Source of the DNA: an uncultured Eubacteriales bacterium
Lineage (GTDB): Bacteria > Bacillota > Clostridia > Christensenellales > Aristaeellaceae
Direction: 5' to 3'
Assembly (NCBI GenBank): GCA_902764875.1
Contig: CACWXP010000027.1
Location: 1,823 to 65,822 of the forward strand
DNA: 64,000 nucleotides
Of this stretch, positions 52,688-60,792 are shown in pieces. Every line of letters begins with the position of its first letter. Within the stretch, counting starts at the first letter, position 1. The notes under the pieces are model-generated. The model saw nothing but the letters and a program-made list of their open reading frames with translations. It ran no database searches and was not told the DNA's origin. The translations under genes and the position numbers were made by a program.

Positions 52688-53551
52688 TCACTCCTTCACC
52701 GTCTCATACAGGCGGACATCCTCGTCGGTCGCAATGTCTTTCTGATCCACGACGCACAGTACGCGGCCGATCAGATAAACCTTGGTGTCATCATCAAAGG
52801 TCATGACTGGATATTTTGCATTCAGGGAATGAAGCCCATCCGCCTGGTACTCCTTGATGTACAGCTCGTTTCCAATGGCAAACGCGCCGATCTCGCCATG
52901 CTTCAGTTCCGGTGCGTCCGGAATCCGTTCGATCAGAACGAAATCTCCGTTGTGATACTCCGGTTCCATACTGTCACCGTTGACCTTGAACACGCAGTCA
53001 GCGCGGTCAAGCCACGGCACATCGTACAGATAGAAGGGGCTGGAGCTGCCCTCGTACTCTGTCGGATCACCGATGCCGGCAGCCAGGGTGCGATCAACCA
53101 GAGGCAGTTCGTATACCTTGCGGCGGCTCTTCTGCCGCTTGCGAGCCTGGTCAACGGTGACCATGGTCCTGACCATCGTGTCTACAGTGTACTGATCGCC
53201 TTTATTCAGCTGCCGGTATTGGGAGACCAGATTGGCTTCACGCTCAGAAAGCGCATCTCCGGGAGCGTCAAGGCCAAAGAGCTGCTGCAGCGTAATACCC
53301 AGCACATCGCAAATCACCGGAAGAAGGCTGACATCCGGACGGCTGCGGCCTTTTTCCCAGTTGTTGACGGTATTTGCCTGGGTGCCGATCTTTTCAGCAA
53401 AAGCCTTCTGCTCCATGCCTTGGTTCTTCCGGTAGAAGCGAATCCGGTCACAGATAATGGGAAGAGAGGGCTGCTCCACCCGCTCTCCGGTCTTCATATC
53501 AATGACGTTTCCTTTATTGCCGGTATCTCTTTCAATCTTTCTGCGGGACAT
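52688..53551 (-). CDS. CI/LexA-like repressor: XRE HTH plus S24 peptidase domain
   Basis: HTH EQKAFAEKIGTQANTVNNWEKGRSRPDVSLLPVICDVLGITLQQLFG. S24 FKVNGDSMEPEYHNGDFVLIE ... ELYIKEY (Ser/Lys dyad). Start ATG 53551 lies 6 nt after GGAAGGAGGG. Confidence 0.85.
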   Translation of the reverse strand: MSRRKIERDTGNKGNVIDMKTGERVEQPSLPIICDRIRFYRKNQGMEQKAFAEKIGTQANTVNNWEKGRSRPDVSLLPVICDVLGITLQQLFGLDAPGDALSEREANLVSQYRQLNKGDQYTVDTMVRTMVTVDQARKRQKSRRKVYELPLVDRTLAAGIGDPTEYEGSSSPFYLYDVPWLDRADCVFKVNGDSMEPEYHNGDFVLIERIPDAPELKHGEIGAFAIGNELYIKEYQADGLHSLNAKYPVMTFDDDTKVYLIGRVLCVVDQKDIATDEDVRLYETVKE

Positions 53552-53742
53552 GATCGTCCCTCCTTCCGTGGTAGGCGTATGTATGACAGAATCATGATAG
53601 TACATAATTTGTGAATTGTCAACAACATGTAGTACTTTACTTTACACGAATTATGTGTTATTATCCGTATTACCTCATCAGGGCCGCATTTCCCCCTTAG
53701 GGGAAAGTTGCCTCTTGATCATCCGCGGAAGGAGGAGCCGAA

Positions 53743-54495
53743 ATGTGCCAGGCCAACCTGGGAAAAGTGGACTACGTGAAGTACCGTTATTGGCTGCTTC
53801 ATGATCCGAACTGCACGAAGACAGCCATGCAGCACATAAACGAAAACGATCCTTTTGCTTCATTAGGCATCCACATTCATGTTCATGAAAGCCCCGTAGC
53901 AGTTGACTTCAGCGAACCTTTCGGCGCGATCCTCTGGCATCAGAGAGTCAACACAGGCTATCCGCTGTGTGTCGCTTCCGCCTTCATGGGCATGAGCGTT
54001 GAAGATCTGATCCGCCTCGAGATGGGCTGGGCGCTTCCGGACAAAGAAAAGCTGGATGGTATCCTGGCTGCCATGTCCTTCTTCTACGGGTTTGATCCGT
54101 TGCAGTTCTTCAGGCTGATCAAGCGCGGCGATGAATACCGTCAGGAAATGCCGGTGGATCTGAGCGAATATCTCGGTCTGGAACTCAATGAGAAAACGCT
54201 TCAGCTGATGCCACGGGCCATGTACGAGCAGCGGAAGCCTTCCTTCTTTGAGCGTTATCGGATCAATGTCATCGGTCAAAGCTTTGATTCCGGTATTGAG
54301 TTCCCGCAGTGCGTGATCTGGTCTGACGGCAGAGTATTTCAAATCGAAAAGATTGACAGCGCACAGGAACACGCCCATTTCGCAACAGGCGGTATCGGAA
54401 CACGCTTCTCCTGCTGGTTGAATGGCAGGCAGCGCTTCATCGGATACGAGGAACCGGGCGACTGGTTTGTGGAATCTCCTCAATATGCGTCCTGA
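53743..54495 (+). CDS. Hypothetical protein with central HTH-like segment, divergent from the repressor
   Basis: GGAAGGAGGAG RBS. Segment FGAILWHQRVNTGYPLCVASAFMGMSVEDLIRLEMGWALPDKEKLDGI looks XRE-like. The C-terminal domain is unknown. Confidence 0.5.
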   Translation: MCQANLGKVDYVKYRYWLLHDPNCTKTAMQHINENDPFASLGIHIHVHESPVAVDFSEPFGAILWHQRVNTGYPLCVASAFMGMSVEDLIRLEMGWALPDKEKLDGILAAMSFFYGFDPLQFFRLIKRGDEYRQEMPVDLSEYLGLELNEKTLQLMPRAMYEQRKPSFFERYRINVIGQSFDSGIEFPQCVIWSDGRVFQIEKIDSAQEHAHFATGGIGTRFSCWLNGRQRFIGYEEPGDWFVESPQYAS

Positions 54496-54498
54496 CGT

Positions 54499-54540
54499 AA
54501 AAACAGCAGGCTGGCTCATTGAACCACCTGCTTTTCTTTT
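54499..54540. terminator. Probable bidirectional terminator between convergent genes
   Basis: AAAAAC-AGCAGG-16 nt-CCTGCT-TTTCTTTT. Confidence 0.5.
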
Positions 54541-54552
54541 GTCTTAGGCTTG

Positions 54553-54840
54553 TCAGAACGGCAAGTCTTCCTTTATGCTGCTGGACGACGATTCGTTGCC
54601 GGCATCCCAAGCTTTCAGAAGCCCATCCACGAAAAATTGAGTCTTTTCCCCGCAAATCTCGCAGTATCGGGCATTGCCGGCATTTGCATGGCTATACATT
54701 TTTCCAATGCAGGAATTCATGCGTGAATGACCGCAGACAATGCACGCCGTTGACTTTTTTGAAAACTTCTTGTTTCCGCAATACGGGCAAACCTTCACCC
54801 GACGTTGATCATCCATCGGAAAACACTCTGCGTAAATCAT
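54553..54840 (-). CDS. Zinc-ribbon protein paralogous to the ImmA C-terminus
   Basis: CPYCGN...CIVCGH...CEICGEKTQFFVDGLLKAWD parallels CEICGSETVYQLRGLLQDWR at the end of the upstream gene. Confidence 0.6.
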   Translation of the reverse strand: MIYAECFPMDDQRRVKVCPYCGNKKFSKKSTACIVCGHSRMNSCIGKMYSHANAGNARYCEICGEKTQFFVDGLLKAWDAGNESSSSSIKEDLPF

Positions 54841-54852
54841 CGGCGCACCTCC

Positions 54853-55836
54853 TCAGGACTGCGTGACAGCGCGGATATAGTCTTCTTTTTCTTTTCTCCA
54901 ATCCTGGAGCAATCCGCGCAGCTGATAAACGGTCTCGCTGCCGCATATTTCACAGAAGCGCGCGTTCGGGGAATTGATGTGTTCGCAGGGCCAGAAGGTA
55001 TTGTTATTCCCGCAGAAGTTGTAAACTGGCATCCCGCAGATCTTGCAGTACTTGGCTTCATCCGCAAAATCCTCATTTCCGCAAACCGGGCAGAAGATAA
55101 CGCGGTTGTGCTGGTCTGCCATTGTCCTTGTATACTCGACGATCCGAACTCCTTTCTTTCCGCCTTCAGGGAGATACTCCCCGCAGATCTCGCAATAATC
55201 CGCCACAGGAGAAATCTGACTGTTTCCGCACTGCGGACAGGTCGCATGGGCAGGAATCCTGCACAGGTCGAGCCGTTTCAGATTGTTCAACCGCTTAAAG
55301 CAGGCCTGATCAGAAACCAGAAATTCTTTTGAGAGTTCTTCATAAGAAGAAAACTGGCTTTTCAGGATCAGGCGTTCTGGCATCAGGAGCCGTGCTGCAA
55401 ATTCATCCGCTTCCAGATCATCCATTTGGCGTTTTTCAGGCGACTTCATGTTTTTCGGGACATCCAGATGCCCGCAGAAAACATGCCCAAGCTCATGGGC
55501 CAGGGAGAAGTTGCAGCGCCGCCATGAAGAGCGCTTCTGCCAATCCTTAGGAACGGGCTTCATCACGATCTGAAAGCTATCGACTTCCGGAAGGTAGGTT
55601 GCAACAGCATTGAATGCCGCTGACATCCTTCCTTCTTCCAGTACTTCCAGATGGATCAGCTTCGCTTCTTGGATTTTCCTTACCAGCTTGAAGCAGTCTA
55701 TCGGATACTCTGTAACATCATAATCTTTCATAAACTGTTTCAGGCTAATACGGACATTGGACAGGCTTACTTCATTCAACCTGTCCAGCGTGTAATATCT
55801 TGGATCATACGATCCGGCTATGTTACTTTTTTTCAT
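54853..55836 (-). CDS. ImmA/IrrE-family metalloprotease fused to a multi-zinc-ribbon C-terminal domain
   Basis: HEXXH in LAHELGHVFCGH. The C-terminal third holds CPQCGN..CEICGE, CPVCGN..CKICGM and CEH..CEICGS. 14-nt overlap with the upstream XRE gene. Confidence 0.85.
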   Translation of the reverse strand: MKKSNIAGSYDPRYYTLDRLNEVSLSNVRISLKQFMKDYDVTEYPIDCFKLVRKIQEAKLIHLEVLEEGRMSAAFNAVATYLPEVDSFQIVMKPVPKDWQKRSSWRRCNFSLAHELGHVFCGHLDVPKNMKSPEKRQMDDLEADEFAARLLMPERLILKSQFSSYEELSKEFLVSDQACFKRLNNLKRLDLCRIPAHATCPQCGNSQISPVADYCEICGEYLPEGGKKGVRIVEYTRTMADQHNRVIFCPVCGNEDFADEAKYCKICGMPVYNFCGNNNTFWPCEHINSPNARFCEICGSETVYQLRGLLQDWRKEKEDYIRAVTQS

Positions 55837-56269
55837 TTTCAGCCTGGATTTCCTTCCGTCTCTTTTCCAGATAGGTCATAGCCAGACCAGTCAGGATTTC
55901 GCGATCGGAATCAGAGAGTTCACTGGAGACTCGATAAGCGACGTTTGCCCAGGTAGCGTCTTTCTGGAACATTTCCTTAACGCCGCGGACAACATCCACG
56001 ATTTCTCCATCCTGATTACGGAAGACCTGCTCAAAGGTCTTTTCCTCTTCGTGAACTTCTTCAATATAGCCAGCCAGGTGCATCAGCTGAGCATAGTCAA
56101 TGACCAATGCTTTGGCGATTGCCTTCAACATCTTGGGAGAGGGTGCGCGGCGTTTGCCAGATTCGACTCTGGAGATTTCAGCGCCGCTGACGTGACATTT
56201 TTCTCCCAGCTCAGTCTGAGTGAGGCCACGTTCCATCCGGGCATTCTGGATATACTCACCAACAGTCAT
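55823..56269 (-). CDS. XRE-family HTH repressor (ImmR-like)
   Basis: VGEYIQNARMERGLTQTELGEKCHVSGAEISRVESGKRRAPSPKMLKAIAKAL. Gene order repressor then ImmA protease, as in ICEBs1-type immunity modules. Confidence 0.88.
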   Translation of the reverse strand: MTVGEYIQNARMERGLTQTELGEKCHVSGAEISRVESGKRRAPSPKMLKAIAKALVIDYAQLMHLAGYIEEVHEEEKTFEQVFRNQDGEIVDVVRGVKEMFQKDATWANVAYRVSSELSDSDREILTGLAMTYLEKRRKEIQAENEKK

Positions 56270-56312
56270 GCATACACACCTCCAAAGCGTATCCTATACT
56301 TGATTTACCTTT

Positions 56313-56381
56313 TTGTCAAGTTTTTTTCCAAAAGTTTTTACGAATTTGGTATTGACAGCCTCAACTGATCGGGATTATAAT
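56313..56381. promoter_or_regulatory. Back-to-back divergent promoters of the ImmR switch
   Basis: Plus strand: TTGACA (56352-56357), 18 nt, TATAAT (56376-56381). Minus strand: TTGACA (56318-56313) with a downstream TATAGG-like -10. Confidence 0.6.
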
Positions 56382-56599
56382 TCAGACACTCCCCTCGACG
56401 AGATCGGGGGAAGGCCTTGAAATCACTAAGGTTTCGGGGCCAGCTGATTGCGCTTATTTTTTTGCCTTGTCGCTTACCTAAAAGGTAAACGAACTGGTAA
56501 ACCGGTATACGAAGCAAGCAAATCAGCACTCTCCGGCGGTGCTTAGGCCATGAAGTTATCCCGGAATATTACTAATGAATAGTGGGAGGACAAGATGGA

Positions 56600-57835
56600 A
56601 TGTCTCCGAATCATTACCGCCTGAAGAAAGGCGTTAAGGAGCAGCTGAACGAGCTGCTTAGCGGTTCCTTTGCTGTTTACAACAACGACTACGGAAACAG
56701 CTGGGAAACGGTCGCGTCCGTCATCTTTGACTGGGTAAAGGAAAAGAAAGCGGACGTGGTCATTATCGACAATCTGATGTCCCTGAACATCACCAGCAAC
56801 ATCCAGGACAAGTATGACGTTCAGGCTCAGATTGTGCAGGTTCTGTCCAAAGCGGCAAAGCAGCTGAATGTGCATATCCACTTCATCTGCCATCCCCGGA
56901 AGACGGAAACCTTCTTACGGAAGAACGATATCAGCGGAACCAGTGATCTGACCAATACCGCGGATAACGTCTTCATGGTTCATCGGATCAACAATGACTT
57001 CCTTCTCCGCGTGAAGGAAGTGTACCCCAATACCTATCTGCCGGTCAGGGTTTCCCTGATGAAGAAAAAGGAGCAGACCAAGATCAACAACCTGGAGAAC
57101 GGTATGGTTCATCAGGTGATCGAGGTTGTTGCCGGTGAAGGCTTTGTGTTCGGCCTGTACAACAGTTCCGTGATCACCTACGCCGACAATCAGAAACTGC
57201 CGGCAAACACGCTGGTGGCGACCGCCGTCACGGACAAGAACGGCAACCTGACGATTTCCGGCATGTATCCGCACGGCAATTACTACCTGAAGGAGCTTGC
57301 GGTTCCGGACGGATGGAAACTTAGCACGGAGAAGTTCCCCGTAACGCTGACTTCCGCGAATAAGGCTTCCAATGAGAACACGATTGTGGTGAAGCTTTCT
57401 GATCCGATTCTGAATGAGCTGATCTACATTCCCGTGACCATTACGAAGACCGATATCACCGGCGCTGAAAAACTGCCTGGTGCGCTGATCGAAGTGTATG
57501 ACGAGAACCGGAAGCTGATCTATCGGGAGTACACCAACAAGAACGGTGAGATCCCGGATATGTATATCCTGACGGCCACAGGCAATTCTATGATCGACGC
57601 TGGTATTCATGAGGGGGATATGATCCTTGTGCGCAGGCAGGAAACCGCAAATATAGGCGACATTGTGGTTGTGTGGGTTGAAAATGAAGGAAATACCCTG
57701 AAACGCTTTTATAGGAAAGGGAAGACGATCATCCTGAAGCCGGAGAATTCGGACATGGAGGACATCAGGGTGAAAGAAGAGGACTGCAGGATTCAGGGCG
57801 TGGCGATCTGGGTGCTCAAGAAAGTCGGAGACTAA
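56600..57835 (+). CDS. Mosaic ORF: RecA/DnaB-like helicase C-terminal fragment + Cna-B/SpaA-like repeats + LexA-type S24 domain
   Basis: aa about 1-150: VVIIDNLMSL...HIHFICHPRK...SDLTNTADNVFMVHR (no Walker A). Middle: AGEGFVFGLYN...GNYYLKELAVPDGWKL...TITKTDITGAEKLPGALIEVYDENRK. End: ILTATGNSMIDAGIHEGDMILVRRQETANIGDIVVV...LKRFY. ATG 56600 lies 8 nt after GGAGGA (the track uses GTG 56582). Confidence 0.5.
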   Translation: MSPNHYRLKKGVKEQLNELLSGSFAVYNNDYGNSWETVASVIFDWVKEKKADVVIIDNLMSLNITSNIQDKYDVQAQIVQVLSKAAKQLNVHIHFICHPRKTETFLRKNDISGTSDLTNTADNVFMVHRINNDFLLRVKEVYPNTYLPVRVSLMKKKEQTKINNLENGMVHQVIEVVAGEGFVFGLYNSSVITYADNQKLPANTLVATAVTDKNGNLTISGMYPHGNYYLKELAVPDGWKLSTEKFPVTLTSANKASNENTIVVKLSDPILNELIYIPVTITKTDITGAEKLPGALIEVYDENRKLIYREYTNKNGEIPDMYILTATGNSMIDAGIHEGDMILVRRQETANIGDIVVVWVENEGNTLKRFYRKGKTIILKPENSDMEDIRVKEEDCRIQGVAIWVLKKVGD

Positions 57836-57850
57836 AAAGAGGACAGAGGC

Positions 57851-58033
57851 ATGAATTATCCCAAGGAACAGGAGAAGAAACCATGCATTATGCGGGAAAG
57901 CAGCTTTCAGGAAGAAGCTATCAGGTTTTACCGGAAAGTGGACAAAGCGATCGAAAAAGGGAAAAAGGTTGAGATCGAAAAATCGAAAGATGGAAAGATG
58001 AAAGTACTTCAGGTTTCGAAGACACTCATCTGA
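57851..58033 (+). CDS. Hypothetical small protein (60 aa)
   Basis: ORF only, Lys/Glu-rich, weak RBS. Confidence 0.3.
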   Translation: MNYPKEQEKKPCIMRESSFQEEAIRFYRKVDKAIEKGKKVEIEKSKDGKMKVLQVSKTLI

Positions 58034-58369
58034 CGATTTGACGGAAAGAAGCAACAGAACAGAACGCGGATAACGTTCACCGTGCGGCGAGTGGGCCGTA
58101 CGAAGGGCTAAGTGGAGCCGATATATTGCCGAAGCGCAGAAACGCGGGACAGGTCTGTCCGGGCGGAGCGCGGAGGCGTATACCGGCTCCGTTTTTTATT
58201 CTTTGTAAGACGCCGGTTTTCGGGACCCCGCATGCCGGCAAAATGCGGGGACTTGTCTTCCTGAAACCGGCCGACATAACACGCACAGCCAGGGCAAGGG
58301 CTGCTGCAGACCACACGAATGGAGAATTCGCTATGGTTGGCAGCGTTGTTCAATGCACCCTTCTTTGGC

Positions 58370-58403
58370 CTGTTCCTCCATACAACGAACGGAGGAACAG
58401 GAA
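58370..58403 (+). promoter_or_regulatory. Hairpin sequestering the RBS of the sigma-like gene
   Basis: CTGTTCCTCC-atacaacgaac-GGAGGAACAG (perfect 10-bp stem). The 3' arm is the Shine-Dalgarno, 3 nt before ATG 58404. Confidence 0.65.
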
Positions 58404-58883
58404 ATGTATATCAAAGTCGGAAACCAGAAAGTTGAAGTCAGCGACGAGGTTATCAAATTCCAGGATCGAATGATTAATCGGACTTATCATGAAGCCAGGA
58501 AAATCCGGGCATGCAGCTGCCCTTCCTACAGACAGTGTCGGGGGGAATGCGCAGCATGTCGCTGGCAGACAGAAGGCGCGTTCATTTCCTATGACAATGA
58601 AAGCGTCGGCAGCTGCATCTCCAGCGCACGGGACGCGTATCTTCTCAACCCCGCCGGGAATCCGAGGGATCCTTTTGATATTGCGGCGGAACAGGAGCTG
58701 TTTGAAAACGCCTACAGGCGGGCCGGGAAGATCTGCGAGAAGGGGGATGTGATTTTGCGGATGAATTATGAGAAGTATTCCACCCATGAGATTGCTGATG
58801 CGATCGGGGTTCCGCAAAAGACCGTTTATCGGAGACTGCAGAGGATTCTTGCGGATTTAAGGGATAACCGGGAATGGCTGTGA
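58404..58883 (+). CDS. Sigma-70 region-4-like HTH protein (mobile-element regulator)
   Basis: The C-terminus ILRMNYEKYSTHEIADAIGVPQKTVYRRLQRILADLRDN is region-4-like. The N-terminus MYIKVGNQKVEVSDEV is typical of clostridial element-borne sigma-like proteins. Cys-rich middle (CSCPSYRQCRGECAACRW). Confidence 0.65.
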   Translation: MYIKVGNQKVEVSDEVIKFQDRMINRTYHEARKIRACSCPSYRQCRGECAACRWQTEGAFISYDNESVGSCISSARDAYLLNPAGNPRDPFDIAAEQELFENAYRRAGKICEKGDVILRMNYEKYSTHEIADAIGVPQKTVYRRLQRILADLRDNREWL

Positions 58884-60122
58884 TTACCATTCACGGACCA
58901 GATTTCTGAACATGATCCAGACTTCGCGGTTTGTGATCGCCAGCCGGTATACGGGCTCTTCCCAGTACGAAGGCTCTTTCATTGCCGGCGTCAGAATGAT
59001 TTTCAGATATCCGGAGGCCAGCAGCAGGCTCCAGATCGCGTTCCTTTTTCGATCCAGCTGATTGAAAACAATCTGTTCGTCAAGGGAAACCTCGATAAAA
59101 CCGCCGCGCAGCAGCGTTTCAAACTGCTTTTTGATTTCCGGGCTGCTTTTCCTCAGCAGCGACCCCACCAGTCCGTTTCCGCTGGTGTTTGCCCAGTATG
59201 TGTCCAGCTTTCTGTCATCCAGGAAGTTTGTGATCGACCACGGATTATACATATCCGTCACAGAACCGAAGGTAAACCCGTCATACCACTCCTTCACATC
59301 CTGCTTGTCTTTCTCCGCAAAACTGTATTCATCCAGCGCCTGAAACACTTCTTCCTCGGTAAAGCCGAAGCAGGTGGCGTATTTCCCGGAAGTTGTGGTT
59401 ACAACATCCAAATTATTCAGGTCGGAAAAGATCGATTCCTTGCTGACCCGGGTAATCCCGGTCATGATTCCCCGTTCCAGAGATGGGTTGGTCTTGAAGG
59501 TATTGTTGAACATGGTTCTTGTAAAGGCGACCAGATCCTCCCAGTATCCGTGGATATAGGCTTCCTGCAGCGGGGTATCATATTCATCCAGGAAGATCAG
59601 GACTCTTTTTCCGTGGATCTTTTGTAAAAGCCCTGACAGCAGATTCAAAGAAAGCGCCGCATGAACATCGGACATATCCTCTGTGATTCTCTCCAGAGCT
59701 CTGCGCTCATTCGGATCCAGCCCTTTATATTCCCGCAGTTCCGGAAATGCCGAGAACAGCTTTACCAGCATGTTTTTTATCTGGATTATTGTATCTTCAC
59801 AGGTTCTTCCCTTTATTCCCGCAAAGCTCAGGAAGATGACAGGCCACTTTCCCTGCTGCCCGCGCATATCTGCGTCTTCCCAGATTTTCAGGCCTTCAAA
59901 AAGGTCGCTCCGGTTTTCAAACTTATTGGAAAAGAAGCAGTTGAGCGTGGACATATTCAGGGTCTTGCCGAAACGGCGCGGACGGGTGATCAAAGTAGCA
60001 ACATCGCCGCCGTTCCACCATTTGCTGATGAAATCCGTTTTATCCACATAGAAACGCCGATTGACCCGTATGCTTTCAAAATCCTGAATCCCGGTCGCAA
60101 TTTCTCTCTTCATGCTTTTCAC
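58884..60122 (-). CDS. AAA-ATPase_like-domain protein, apparently lacking the usual C-terminal PD-(D/E)XK part
   Basis: N-terminus IATGIQDFESIRVNRRFYVDKTDFISKWW...TRPRRFGKTLNMSTL and LIFLDEYDTPL match the 'AAA-ATPase-like/PDDEXK_9' family. The ORF stops at ...NREVWIMFRNLVREW, abutting the convergent gene's stop. Confidence 0.75.
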   Translation of the reverse strand: MKSMKREIATGIQDFESIRVNRRFYVDKTDFISKWWNGGDVATLITRPRRFGKTLNMSTLNCFFSNKFENRSDLFEGLKIWEDADMRGQQGKWPVIFLSFAGIKGRTCEDTIIQIKNMLVKLFSAFPELREYKGLDPNERRALERITEDMSDVHAALSLNLLSGLLQKIHGKRVLIFLDEYDTPLQEAYIHGYWEDLVAFTRTMFNNTFKTNPSLERGIMTGITRVSKESIFSDLNNLDVVTTTSGKYATCFGFTEEEVFQALDEYSFAEKDKQDVKEWYDGFTFGSVTDMYNPWSITNFLDDRKLDTYWANTSGNGLVGSLLRKSSPEIKKQFETLLRGGFIEVSLDEQIVFNQLDRKRNAIWSLLLASGYLKIILTPAMKEPSYWEEPVYRLAITNREVWIMFRNLVREW

Positions 60123-60319
60123 GCCCCCCAGCCGATTCCTCTTTCATTATATCAGTTCCGGAATTGAAGCACAAGCCGGACCGGATCGGCGTACGGAACG
60201 GGGCAGCATGAAAACTTTTTTATAAAAAAACAAAAAAAGTGACTCAAAACCCCTCCAAATTTGCAGTGGTAAGTGAGGGGAAGATTTTCCTCCGGAAAAA
60301 CGCAAGGAGGAAACGGAAC

Positions 60320-60727
60320 ATGAAAAACGGGATCAGGGTGACTGCACGGCTGGTGAAGCAACTGGTGGAGGCGCTGGACGGCGTGAAGGATCTGGAACTG
60401 CTGAGCGATGAAGAGATCGCGAATCTGCTGGACCGGTCGGAGTTGCTTGTGAACTGGACGAAAGAGATGAAGGAAGCGGCGCTGGGGCTGATTCTTCAGG
60501 GACGGAAGATTCCCCGCTACAAGGCGGCGCCGTCGACCACGCAGCGGAAGTTCAGAAACGAGAAAACGGCGGCGAAACTGATTGAAGAGGCGGGATTCGA
60601 CCCCTGGGACCGGAAGATCAAGGGCATTCCGGCGCTGGAGACGCTCATGGGGAAAGAGAAGTTCGACGAAGTCTGCGGGCCGCTGGTGATCAAGCCGACG
60701 GGGAAGCCGAAGCTGACGCGGGGGTGA
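60320..60727 (+). pseudogene. C-terminal fragment of a DUF2800-type phage protein
   Basis: ...RKIPRYKAAPSTTQRKFRNEKTAAKLIEEAGFDPWDRKIKGIPALETLMGKEKFDEVCGPLVIKPTGKPKLTR matches the DUF2800 C-terminus as I recall it. The nuclease-like N-terminal 250 aa or so are absent. Has its own AAGGAGGA RBS and ATG. Confidence 0.55.
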
Positions 60728-60751
60728 CGAGCCGCGCTGCGGCGCGGCAAG

Positions 60752-60792
60752 GGATAGTGGATAGTGAATAGTGGATTTAGGGGTAAGGGTTT
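60752..60792. repeat. Tandem heptamer array abutting the start codon of the replisome-organizer gene
   Basis: GGATAGT GGATAGT GAATAGT GGATTTA GGGGTAA GGGTTTA, then TG (ATG at 60793). Preceded by the GC hairpin GCCGCGC-tgcg-GCGCGGC (60731-60748). Confidence 0.75.

Noticed and set aside
52601-54519. Long ORFs 52601-53614 (+) and 53863-54519 (-).
   Set aside because: They are antisense to the S24 repressor and to gene 53743-54495 respectively, and carry no motifs.
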